DNA of 12,553 nucleotides from Candidatus Odinarchaeia archaeon (lineage in GTDB: Archaea > Asgardarchaeota > Odinarchaeia > Odinarchaeales > Odinarchaeaceae): assembly GCA_029856525.1 (NCBI GenBank), contig JAHQXC010000036.1:1-12553 (forward strand), read 5' to 3'. Positions within the stretch are counted from its first letter, which is position 1. Each line of letters starts with the position of its first letter. This document shows positions 1 to 7,286 of this stretch, one piece after another. A program made the translations under genes and the position numbers. The notes under the pieces were generated by a model. That model did no database searches. It saw only the letters and a list, made by a program, of their open reading frames with translations, and was not told the DNA's origin.

Positions 1-101
1 AATTTAAAGCTTCTACCACCGGAATTTAATAAGTCTTGTAGTAAAATTGTGAAGGCTCTTTTTAGAGAAGAATCGTCGATTTAGCTCGTTAAATCCTCAT
101 A

Positions 102-428
102 CTATAATTGATGGGTGTAAGGTTCCTCAACAACCATTCGGCCTGCAACCACCTGGTCTATGCTATGAACAGCCGCTCCATAGCTTTCTAATTTCTCTTT
201 GATAATATTATAGTTGAGGTTTGAACCCATTATAGTGACTTTAATGCTTTCAGTGTCAGCGTCAACCTCTACCAGTGAAATATTTACTCCGCATACACCT
301 TCTATAGATGAGATAATGCTAGCTAATTCAACCAGATCCGGGGTATGAGGTTTTAAAACATCTAAAACTATTCTTTTTATTCCTTTACTGTTTACTTCAG
401 GTATTTCGCTTTTATTACATTCAGCCAT
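102..428 (-). CDS. DUF211 family protein (small conserved archaeal protein of unknown function)
   Basis: 108 aa. IKRIVLDVLKPH-x-P-x-LVELA at the N-terminus and GAAVHSIDQVVAG near the C-terminus are the motifs I recognise for DUF211/COG1888. Confidence 0.85.
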   Translation of the reverse strand: MAECNKSEIPEVNSKGIKRIVLDVLKPHTPDLVELASIISSIEGVCGVNISLVEVDADTESIKVTIMGSNLNYNIIKEKLESYGAAVHSIDQVVAGRMVVEEPYTHQL

Positions 429-523
429 ACCCGTCAGCTCCCTGAATAAAATATTGAGATTAATATTTTAAGATTTATTATCTTAATTAACTTGTGTTAA
501 ACCGTTAACTTTCGCCTATTAAT

Positions 524-1216
524 TTATATAATATATTTTTTTATAATTTCGATTATTTCCGGGAGCTCTTTTATAGTATAATCTACTTTCCCCTCTTTTT
601 TAAGATAATCCGCGTTGTATAAGCCTTCAACTCCTATAGTTAAAGCACCTAATTTCTTAGGCGCCTGGAAATCATATACTGTATCCCCTACCACTATAGT
701 CTCATCGGGTTTAACGTTCAGATCGTTTACAACTTTTAAAAAATGGGCTTCACTAGGCTTAATTTCAACGGTGTCATCTCTAGTCACGATACTGGTAAAG
801 AACTCTCTTATACCCGTTTTCTCTAATACTCTCTCTGTAACCTTCCTGTTGTTAATTGTGAATAACCCTATTTTTAAATTAAATTTTCTTATAGTATTGA
901 GAACCTCTCTAGCATTAGGCTTCAGCGAGGTCTCTTCGGCTGCTTTACACTCATATTCGCATACGATTTTATTAATCTCATCCTTTATTTTTTTAATACC
1001 TTTTTCACTGGTTTTAATGCTTTTAAGATAATTAACAGCTTTCTCTAATGATGTGAATATAGGCTGGTTTAGTAGATATTCGCTTGGAACACCTAAACTT
1101 GTTAAATAATTTTTAACACTCTCCCTCGCATTTACATAATCTATTTTGAACTCTATAAGTGTACCGTCTAAATCGAATACTACCGCTTTAACTTGTCTCC
1201 CTGTTTTCGCATTCAT
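524..1216 (-). CDS. HAD-superfamily hydrolase (phosphoglycolate phosphatase-like, subfamily IA)
   Basis: Motif I VVFDLDGTL, motif II LFTIN, motif III KP, motif IV VVGDTVYD, with a helical cap after motif I. Its ATG overlaps the upstream TGA (ATGA, 1213-1216). Confidence 0.9.
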   Translation of the reverse strand: MNAKTGRQVKAVVFDLDGTLIEFKIDYVNARESVKNYLTSLGVPSEYLLNQPIFTSLEKAVNYLKSIKTSEKGIKKIKDEINKIVCEYECKAAEETSLKPNAREVLNTIRKFNLKIGLFTINNRKVTERVLEKTGIREFFTSIVTRDDTVEIKPSEAHFLKVVNDLNVKPDETIVVGDTVYDFQAPKKLGALTIGVEGLYNADYLKKEGKVDYTIKELPEIIEIIKKYII

Positions 1217-2343
1217 ACTATTTCCACTATCTCAGTTGAACCTGTATAGTCTAGAAATATTTGGGGCATAAAATTTGCAAATCTTATTTTACCTCGTAGC
1301 ATATCGAATTTAACTTTGCTTATATTCGGATCATTTCTAAAACTGTAAGTGTACTCTAATTCAACTCCTGGCTGTAGATTTCTTATATCCCAGTATTTTC
1401 TCTTAAAGTCTAAGGCGCCTTCTAATATCATATCGGATATGATTAACCGCTGGATCTCCTGACCTGACTCATTTTTAACGTGGATTCGCACATTATTTTC
1501 TTTATCCATGGTGAACGGTAACTCTAATATTCTATTAATCTCTACTTTAGGATATACTATTATCGGCCCTACTTTAATTTTGGTTTTACCTGATCCGTAG
1601 CTTATCTCGTCGAATCTATAACTTAAATCTGCGTATATATCCAGTTCCCCTATTGAATCCGCTTTTACTACTAGTTTACCTGTTTTCTGAGATTTAATGA
1701 AAGGCGAGTGAAAATCGAACTCCGCTGCTCTACTAACCTGCATTATTTGAATATTTCCGCTAGGCTCCCAGTCAATTCGGAAGAACGCTCCTTCCGGTCT
1801 TGTATTTTTAATTAAATAGGTTAAATCCACTCGAGTATTAGCAGGAATAGATTTCGCGTTGAATATAATTTTCGGGAAAACCCTTGTTAAAGTGTTAACT
1901 ACGTTATTTTTTGTGTTAACTAATGTGCTTTTACACTTAGGGCAGTATACTATATGCTCTTCGTTTAATCTTTCGTTTCTAAGAATCGTGGATGCGTTTC
2001 TTATCAATCCTGCTTTACTATCGCTGGTGAGGATAGGCTCCTGGTTTTCAGAATTCCATAAACAGTGAGGGCACTCGAATACATATCTTTCATTCAAGTA
2101 TTTTATTTTTAAGTCGCTTTCACAATAATAACATTCATAGCAGTCTCTGCACTCTGTGAAACTTTCTCTAGCATCTTTTACGCCATAAATCTTTCCACAC
2201 CTGAAGCATTTATATAAAACAGGTTCAGGTTTACTGCAGTCATAGCATATTATTTCCTGACATATCGGGCAGAAATATGATTCATAAGATGTTATATACT
2301 TCTCGCATATACTACACTGGTATTTTACAGTCAAAACCGGCAC
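1213..2343 (-). CDS. Dynactin p62 (DCTN4)-like multi-zinc-finger protein with two C-terminal beta-sandwich (Ig-like) domains
   Basis: 376 aa with 16 Cys in 8 CxxC units. Residues 25-74 read C-x2-C-x7-C-x9-C-x2-C-x15-C-x2-C-x2-C-x2-C, the same ungapped spacing as human DCTN4 C30-C79 as recalled. CPHCLWNS matches CGFCRWTS, CPKCKSTL matches CRKCEHNL, and KVGPI matches SLGPL at the end of the first beta-sandwich. GTG start. Confidence 0.75.
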   Translation of the reverse strand: MPVLTVKYQCSICEKYITSYESYFCPICQEIICYDCSKPEPVLYKCFRCGKIYGVKDARESFTECRDCYECYYCESDLKIKYLNERYVFECPHCLWNSENQEPILTSDSKAGLIRNASTILRNERLNEEHIVYCPKCKSTLVNTKNNVVNTLTRVFPKIIFNAKSIPANTRVDLTYLIKNTRPEGAFFRIDWEPSGNIQIMQVSRAAEFDFHSPFIKSQKTGKLVVKADSIGELDIYADLSYRFDEISYGSGKTKIKVGPIIVYPKVEINRILELPFTMDKENNVRIHVKNESGQEIQRLIISDMILEGALDFKRKYWDIRNLQPGVELEYTYSFRNDPNISKVKFDMLRGKIRFANFMPQIFLDYTGSTEIVEIV

Positions 2344-2346
2344 CTT

Positions 2347-2889
2347 TCATTGAGTAATCCTTTTCATAAGCTCGTAATATGCTTCTATATATGATTCATG
2401 TCTTTCTTTTTCACCGAAACTTAATTTTCGAAGTATATGCGCCGGGTTCCCTATTAAAACACTCATGGGAGGTATAATGGCACCACTAGCAACCACTGAA
2501 CCTGAGAGAACGAATACTCCTTCATTTAGCTGAGTGCCTTTTTCAACTATAGCTCCATTGCATATTTTGAAATAATCTCCTATATAATTTGCTTGAATTA
2601 TACATTTTTTCTCTATTACACCGTAGCTGCCTATGATCATCTCAGAGTGGGATAGTAAGCCGTCAGAGTATTCTTCTCCAGGGTAGATTAAAGTATCGTC
2701 TTCTATGATATTATAGTTTCCGATGACTATATGCGCTAAGTCCCCGCGAACAGTTACATTTGACCCTATATAACACTTATCTCCTATGCTCACATCGCCT
2801 ATTATCCTAGCTGTTTCATTTATTATTGTATCCTTCCCGATTTTAGGAGTCATCCCCTTATATGTTATTATATTCGCCATCAAAACCAC
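2347..2889 (-). CDS. Left-handed beta-helix (hexapeptide repeat) protein, gamma-carbonic anhydrase fold without Zn ligands; dynactin p25/p27 (DCTN5/6)-like
   Basis: Hexapeptide repeats, RGDLA and a C-terminal GNPA plus helix. The three gamma-CA His positions align to Y69, K94 and Q99. IEKKCIIQANYIGDY resembles recalled p25 IEEDCVVNAAQIGSY. The start may be the ATG at 2880. The fold assignment is near certain; the p25/p27 affinity is inference. Confidence 0.75.
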   Translation of the reverse strand: MVLMANIITYKGMTPKIGKDTIINETARIIGDVSIGDKCYIGSNVTVRGDLAHIVIGNYNIIEDDTLIYPGEEYSDGLLSHSEMIIGSYGVIEKKCIIQANYIGDYFKICNGAIVEKGTQLNEGVFVLSGSVVASGAIIPPMSVLIGNPAHILRKLSFGEKERHESYIEAYYELMKRITQ

Positions 2890-2979
2890 TCATTCAACCT
2901 GTGAAATATTAATTAAATTCTCGTGAACTTATTATCCCGTTAACAAGTATACTATAAACCGCTGTTCTGTTATATCTGC

Positions 2980-3348
2980 TTAAACAAGCTTCGCTATTCT
3001 CTTAGCCGCGCGCTCCATTTCTAGAAATATAAGACCTAGTTTAACATCTTTACTTGCGCTCAATGTTAGAACAGCGTTAGCTCCAGCGCCCATAACGATA
3101 ATATACCCGTCTTTACCCTTCACATAGACTTGTTCAAGTTCACCTTTATTAAGCTCTGCAGCCGCCCTTTCACCGAGAGATAGCATAGCAGCTGTCATAG
3201 CAGCTATCATAGTTTCATCTACATTTGCCGGTAGTATTGAAGCGATAGGTAAGCCTTCTACACTGACGATTGCAGCGGCTTGTATCTGTGGTACAGCAGC
3301 CTCCAAGTCTCTTAGTATACTGTCAAGTGTTTCCGCTTTCTGCGTCAT
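2980..3348 (-). CDS. Roadblock/LC7 domain protein (canonical prokaryotic/Asgard type)
   Basis: 122 aa. AAIVSVEGLPIAS...IAAMTAAMLSLGERAAAEL-x-KGELEQVYVKGKDGYIIVM...LGLIFLEM is the typical Robl_LC7 pattern. Confidence 0.92.
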   Translation of the reverse strand: MTQKAETLDSILRDLEAAVPQIQAAAIVSVEGLPIASILPANVDETMIAAMTAAMLSLGERAAAELNKGELEQVYVKGKDGYIIVMGAGANAVLTLSASKDVKLGLIFLEMERAAKRIAKLV

Positions 3349-3373
3349 TTAGTTATACTCCTTACTGTTTCTT

Positions 3374-3847
3374 CTAACTTTTCTCAAGCTCGCCGAGGGC
3401 TGCTTTCAAATCTTCTGTAGTAACCTCTTTTTTATCCTCGCTTAATTTACTAGCTGGTTTTTCAGCTAAGAATTCATCTAATATCTCTTTTAATTGCTCG
3501 CTTGTTTTTTTAATTAAAAGACGAACCATGCCTATGTTTACATCCTTATCCGTTATTACGCTTAGTACACCTTTACCGCAGCTGGCTGCGAATATTTTTC
3601 CATCAGTGAATTCTGAGCTTAGTAGATCAAGATCGCCGATTTCCAGGTTTTTACCCTGCTCTTCGCTTGCACTGAATACAGCGCTAGCTATTGCCCCTAT
3701 TCCATCTATATCCACTGGATAGTATGAAAACTTAGATACATGGGCGATGGTTAAACCTGTTCTATCAACTAGGATTACTTTTTTTATACCTGATTCGCTT
3801 TTGATGATTTTGCTAAGTATTTCATCAAAGGTTTTAATGTTGATCAA
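3374..3847 (-). CDS. Roadblock/LC7 protein, MglB/LAMTOR2-like, with C-terminal charged linker and helix
   Basis: LVDRTGLTIA...GAIASAVFSASEEQG...DGKI...VNIGMVR roadblock core, then a ~30-aa tail ending EDLKAALGELEKS. TTG start with GGGGA upstream. Confidence 0.85.
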   Translation of the reverse strand: MINIKTFDEILSKIIKSESGIKKVILVDRTGLTIAHVSKFSYYPVDIDGIGAIASAVFSASEEQGKNLEIGDLDLLSSEFTDGKIFAASCGKGVLSVITDKDVNIGMVRLLIKKTSEQLKEILDEFLAEKPASKLSEDKKEVTTEDLKAALGELEKS

Positions 3848-3915
3848 TTAAATCCCCCATGCTATAATTTTATCTTTAGGATTATACTATTTTTAAATTT
3901 ATATGAGTCTAATAC

Positions 3916-4209
<294 letters not shown>

Positions 4210-4413
4210 TCATCTAATTAGTTAATCTCTTCTATTAATCTATTGATGATTATTTAACGGTAGTTAGTAATATATATGGTTTATTTTATTATAAATATGT
4301 TCGTTTCTAATAATTATTTTGTAGCGTGGATACGTTTCTAACAACACTTAAATAATAATATACGGTTTAATATAAATATAATCCACTTAGTAACTGTATC
4401 GCGAGGCTGAATT

Positions 4414-4758
4414 ATGGATCCTAAAATAATAGAGAATAAGCTAGCGGCTATGATGGATGAGATACCTGAAATAGAAGGCTTATTGGCTTTTGACAATAAT
4501 GGTAGACTTATCTGTGGTCAAACTTTGACAGAGCTGGATAAAAACAAGCTTATCTCGATTTCCACAGAGGTTTTTAAAGACTCCTCTGAACTAGCAGCCT
4601 CCGCTGATAAGGGTAAAGTGTCGACCGTTACTATAACCACGGATAAAGGCTACCTTATTATTGAAATGAAAACCGGTTTTAGTATACTAGCTCTTCTAGG
4701 TGTTGAAGCAGCTTCCAGTCTAAGCCTGGTTATAAGAAGTTTAAAAACAGTTATCTAA
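4414..4758 (+). CDS. Divergent roadblock/LC7-like protein
   Basis: 114 aa. IPEIEGLLAFDNNGRLI...LAASADKGKVSTVTITTDKGYLII fits the roadblock alpha-beta-beta-alpha-beta-beta-beta-alpha pattern. GAGG lies upstream of the ATG. Confidence 0.75.
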   Translation: MDPKIIENKLAAMMDEIPEIEGLLAFDNNGRLICGQTLTELDKNKLISISTEVFKDSSELAASADKGKVSTVTITTDKGYLIIEMKTGFSILALLGVEAASSLSLVIRSLKTVI

Positions 4759-4777
4759 ATTTTTGTTTTAACTTTAT

Positions 4778-4944
4778 CAGCGGGGAAGTCCCCCTGCGAA
4801 AGCTGGGAAAGCCGAAAGTATTTATAGTTTCAAATCGTCGAAAAGAATAAAGATGCTGGGCTGAGATGGAGCCTCCCCCGGTCGAAACACCAGTAAGCTT
4901 CATCATTGAAGCGTGAAGTCCCATCCGATAGAGAGGGTAGTCAG
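4778..4944 (+). mobile_element. Non-autonomous IS200/IS605-family derivative (PATE/MITE-like), copy 1
   Basis: 97/114 nt ungapped identity (4818-4931 vs 11785-11898, hand count) to copy 2. Left-end hairpins GGGGA-AG-TCCCC and CCC-T-GC-GAAA-GC-T-GGG. Degenerate right end GAAGTCCCATCC-GATA-GAGAGGGTAGTCA. No ORF. Boundaries are approximate. Confidence 0.7.
4852..4943 (+). ncRNA. Putative TnpB omegaRNA (reRNA/sotRNA)-like scaffold, copy 1
   Basis: GCTGG can pair with CCAGT, there is a perfect GCTTCA-TCAT-TGAAGC hairpin, and a terminal right-end hairpin. It begins about 25 nt downstream of a BRE/TATA-like GAAAGTATTTATAG. Expression is not shown. Confidence 0.45.
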
Positions 4945-5505
4945 CTATTTAACTAGTGTATTAATCGCTTGAAGCCCCCCTCTAACAGCCAGCCATCGAT
5001 TTTCAGACGATGATACTAGTAGAACATCTCCCTCGTCTAGTTCGAAACTATTTTTTATAAGTGAATAAGCATTTCTATCTTCTTTTTCTAAACTATCATA
5101 TACGCCTGGGACGGTTAGTCTACCATGATCGAATACGATGAACACCGCTGTTGAAGCTCCTCCTCTAATCGCTTCATCTCGAAGCTGTAGCAGTTTTATT
5201 TTTTCAATAGCCGGTTTCGCTATGTGGAAAATATAATGGTTCATTTTCAATCCTAGGATTAGCTGCTGGGAGAAAACGTATTTTTTAATTTTAAGATCTT
5301 TAAGCCCTGCAGTTAAAACAGCTTCACCTTTACTAGTAAGATAGGCTCCTGTGGGGCTTGTCCCTAGTAGACCTTCATTTACAAGTTTTCTAAGTTTGCT
5401 CCGAGCCCTACCCTCAGATATGTTAAGCGCATCTTTTAAAGTATACCTGCCTATCTGTTTAGCCTCCTTTATAATAATTAGTGTTGTTAAATCTAAAATA
5501 TTCAA
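4945..5505 (-). CDS. Winged-helix DNA-binding protein with DUF4443-like C-terminal domain (putative transcription regulator)
   Basis: N-terminal wHTH: IGRYTLKDALNISEGRARSKLRKL...GLL.....GAYLTSKG. C-terminal LRDEAIRGGA...GRLTVPG...L.EGDVLLV is typical of the archaeal DUF4443-like domain. TTG start. Confidence 0.7.
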   Translation of the reverse strand: MNILDLTTLIIIKEAKQIGRYTLKDALNISEGRARSKLRKLVNEGLLGTSPTGAYLTSKGEAVLTAGLKDLKIKKYVFSQQLILGLKMNHYIFHIAKPAIEKIKLLQLRDEAIRGGASTAVFIVFDHGRLTVPGVYDSLEKEDRNAYSLIKNSFELDEGDVLLVSSSENRWLAVRGGLQAINTLVK

Positions 5506-5572
5506 AAAACCACCTTAAATGTTCTAAGTTATTGAGCAGCTTATTTTAATAGTGACCTGTATTTATTGTTAT

Positions 5573-5590
5573 AAAATTAAAAAAATAAAA
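5573..5590 (-). terminator. Oligo-T tract, candidate archaeal intrinsic terminator of the ECF/DUF4430 transcript
   Basis: The minus strand reads TTTTATTTTTTTAATTTT, about 48 nt after the DUF4430 stop codon. Confidence 0.4.
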
Positions 5591-5637
5591 GTGTTTTTAA
5601 TTGCAAGTTTTATAATAAAACTAAGTAATTGCAATCT

Positions 5638-6060
5638 TCAACTCCATTGCTCGAAGACCCATTTTATCGTGTCGCCTGAAAGCAGGTAGAGAGCCCCAGC
5701 TCCAACCGATGAATAGGCTCCATTATAGTATAACGCCCAGTAATAGTTTCCAGTTGCTTCAACACCGTTTATTCCCGTTATAAAAGGCCCGAATGAGTAA
5801 AGCGTGTAGTTCACTTCAGCCACTAGTATTGTAGCTTGAAACGCGGTAACGTTTTTAGGTGCTATAGTATTATTATGCCATTCCACAGTTCCGTTACCGT
5901 AGTCTATTCCAATATTCACCCAGATCGTCTCACCTATCAGATTGTTGTATGCATTTCTATATTGCTCTGATTGAAAGTAAAAGTATGTGGTGGTGGACGC
6001 TAACCCTAACATGGCAATCAGCAAAATGCTTATTAAAATATTTGTTTGGGTTTTATTCAA
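5638..6060 (-). CDS. Membrane-anchored DUF4430 (transcobalamin C-terminal-like) protein
   Basis: N-terminal hydrophobic helix (ILISILLIAMLGLA). FGPFITGINGVEA-x4-YWALYYNGAYSSVGAG-x3-L-SGDTIKWVF is the DUF4430 pattern. It lies 2 nt from the ECF gene. Confidence 0.82.
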   Translation of the reverse strand: MNKTQTNILISILLIAMLGLASTTTYFYFQSEQYRNAYNNLIGETIWVNIGIDYGNGTVEWHNNTIAPKNVTAFQATILVAEVNYTLYSFGPFITGINGVEATGNYYWALYYNGAYSSVGAGALYLLSGDTIKWVFEQWS

Positions 6061-6062
6061 TT

Positions 6063-6647
6063 TTACAACACCTCTAATAATGCTTTTTTGATTATAGGTT
6101 TAATTGAAATCACTAATAGAGCGGTGGATACTTCTGTTATAGGCCCAGGCGCTATCATGTAACCGCCCCCTGCAGGTAGAAATAACCCTAATATACTCGT
6201 GATTAACGCTGTGTTCGGGTCGAATCCTAGGATCATGTATAGTATTGTTGAAGTGAATACGTCGTTGGCGAATAAAACTAGGATTATTATCGTGAATAAC
6301 TGTGCGCGATCGCTTATCTTATTTTCCATAAGGCTTATCGCTAGACATATTACTACTAGAAATAATGATGTGACGATAGTCCACATTCCGAACCCTAAAA
6401 TTAAATCTGAGCATATTATTGATATCAACGCGACACTGGCTCCAGCTACCGCTCCTAGTATTAGGACGGTTACTATGCTTATAGCCGCTGGTATGTTAAC
6501 TACTTGTATCGGCCCTATTATTGCATGTTTGAAGAGTCTTAGGGCTATTGCTAGCGCGGATAGCAGGGCGGTTATAGTTGTTTTTAATGTTTTATTAAGG
6601 TTTAATTTTTCAAAGTTTTCGATGTGAGCATCTGTCAACGTAACCAC
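6063..6647 (-). CDS. ECF transporter S-component, CbrT-like (probably cobalamin/vitamin specific)
   Basis: 194 aa with about six hydrophobic segments, an AxxxA motif in TM1 (ALLSALAIAL) and SDLILGFGMWT resembling the CbrT-type loop. It is adjacent to DUF4430. The substrate is inferred. Confidence 0.72.
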   Translation of the reverse strand: MVTLTDAHIENFEKLNLNKTLKTTITALLSALAIALRLFKHAIIGPIQVVNIPAAISIVTVLILGAVAGASVALISIICSDLILGFGMWTIVTSLFLVVICLAISLMENKISDRAQLFTIIILVLFANDVFTSTILYMILGFDPNTALITSILGLFLPAGGGYMIAPGPITEVSTALLVISIKPIIKKALLEVL

Positions 6648-6671
6648 TTAGTAGGTAAATTTACCTACTAA
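6648..6671. promoter_or_regulatory. Perfect 24-bp palindrome TTAGTAGGTAAA|TTTACCTACTAA, candidate operator
   Basis: Exact inverted repeat with no spacer, directly abutting the GTG start (6647). A TATA-like TTAAATA lies on the minus strand at 6691-6685. Confidence 0.65.
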
Positions 6672-6716
6672 TCTATGTAAAAAATATTTAAGTCTTACGG
6701 TTGAAACTCAACTGAA

Positions 6717-7286
6717 TCAAGTATTTTCAGCTTCGTCTATTTCCGGGATTTTGAGAAGCTCTGCTGATAAGCCCTCCTTCCTCATCTTCCATCTAAGCTG
6801 CATTTTAAGTTTCTTAAGATCATAGTCTAATCCGAAGTAATCAGCGAATAGCTGACTGGTTTTAAGGATTTTAGACCGCCCTTCAGGTGTGCTTTCAATA
6901 AATCCTTTCTCCTCTAATTGATGAATATACTTGTATGCGTGGCTGCCTCGAATTTTAATCACTTCGTGCTGTTTTATAGGCTGCTTTAAAGCTATTAAAG
7001 AGAGTGTTTTTAAAGCTCCTAGTGTTAGAAGCCCGGGGGGTGCTAGTTTAGCGATGATCTCCGGAAAGACTGGTTTAAGCTGAAGAACATATTTATTATT
7101 CGAAGTTGAAGCGATTTCTAAAGCACTATCACGGCTTTGATACTCTGTTCTAAGCTCTTCTATTATACGAGAAACATCCTGCTCATTATCGTAATTAACA
7201 GCTTTGCATATTTCAGCTAAACTTAAAGGCCTTCCTGCTATGAATAAAGCTGCTTCAACTTTTGATTTAAGCCTTGTATCCGCCAT
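6717..7286 (-). CDS. scpB: SMC-Scp complex subunit ScpB (kite)
   Basis: KVEAALFIAGRPLSL, LTLGALKTLSLIALKQPIKQHEVIKIRG and ILKTSQLFADYFGL. I prefer the ATG at 7286 over the GTG at 7295 because AGGTGA, an SD-like sequence, covers the latter. Confidence 0.95.
   Translation of the reverse strand: MADTRLKSKVEAALFIAGRPLSLAEICKAVNYDNEQDVSRIIEELRTEYQSRDSALEIASTSNNKYVLQLKPVFPEIIAKLAPPGLLTLGALKTLSLIALKQPIKQHEVIKIRGSHAYKYIHQLEEKGFIESTPEGRSKILKTSQLFADYFGLDYDLKKLKMQLRWKMRKEGLSAELLKIPEIDEAENT

Noticed and set aside
1-84. Open plus-strand frame NLKLLPPEFNKSCSKIVKALFREESSI* at the window edge
   Set aside because: Possibly the end of a convergent gene, but 27 residues with no motif cannot be supported.
615-2068. 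Plus-strand ORFs 615-1031 and 1859-2068
   Set aside because: Antisense shadows of the HAD and p62-like genes. Their Ser/Leu/Phe-rich composition is typical of reverse-read AT-rich coding DNA, with no motifs.
2122-2151. CRDCYECYYC read as a ferredoxin-type 4Fe-4S motif
   Set aside because: The spacing is CxxCxxCxxC rather than CxxCxxCxxxCP, and it is explained by the p62 [10 protein letters not shown]-type motif with a matching context.
2347-2889. Annotation as an active gamma-carbonic anhydrase
   Set aside because: All three Zn-ligand histidine positions are substituted.
4947-4955. 9-nt complementarity between the two predicted guides (ATTTAACTA vs TAGTTAAAT at 11916-24)
   Set aside because: Too short and AT-rich to distinguish from chance.
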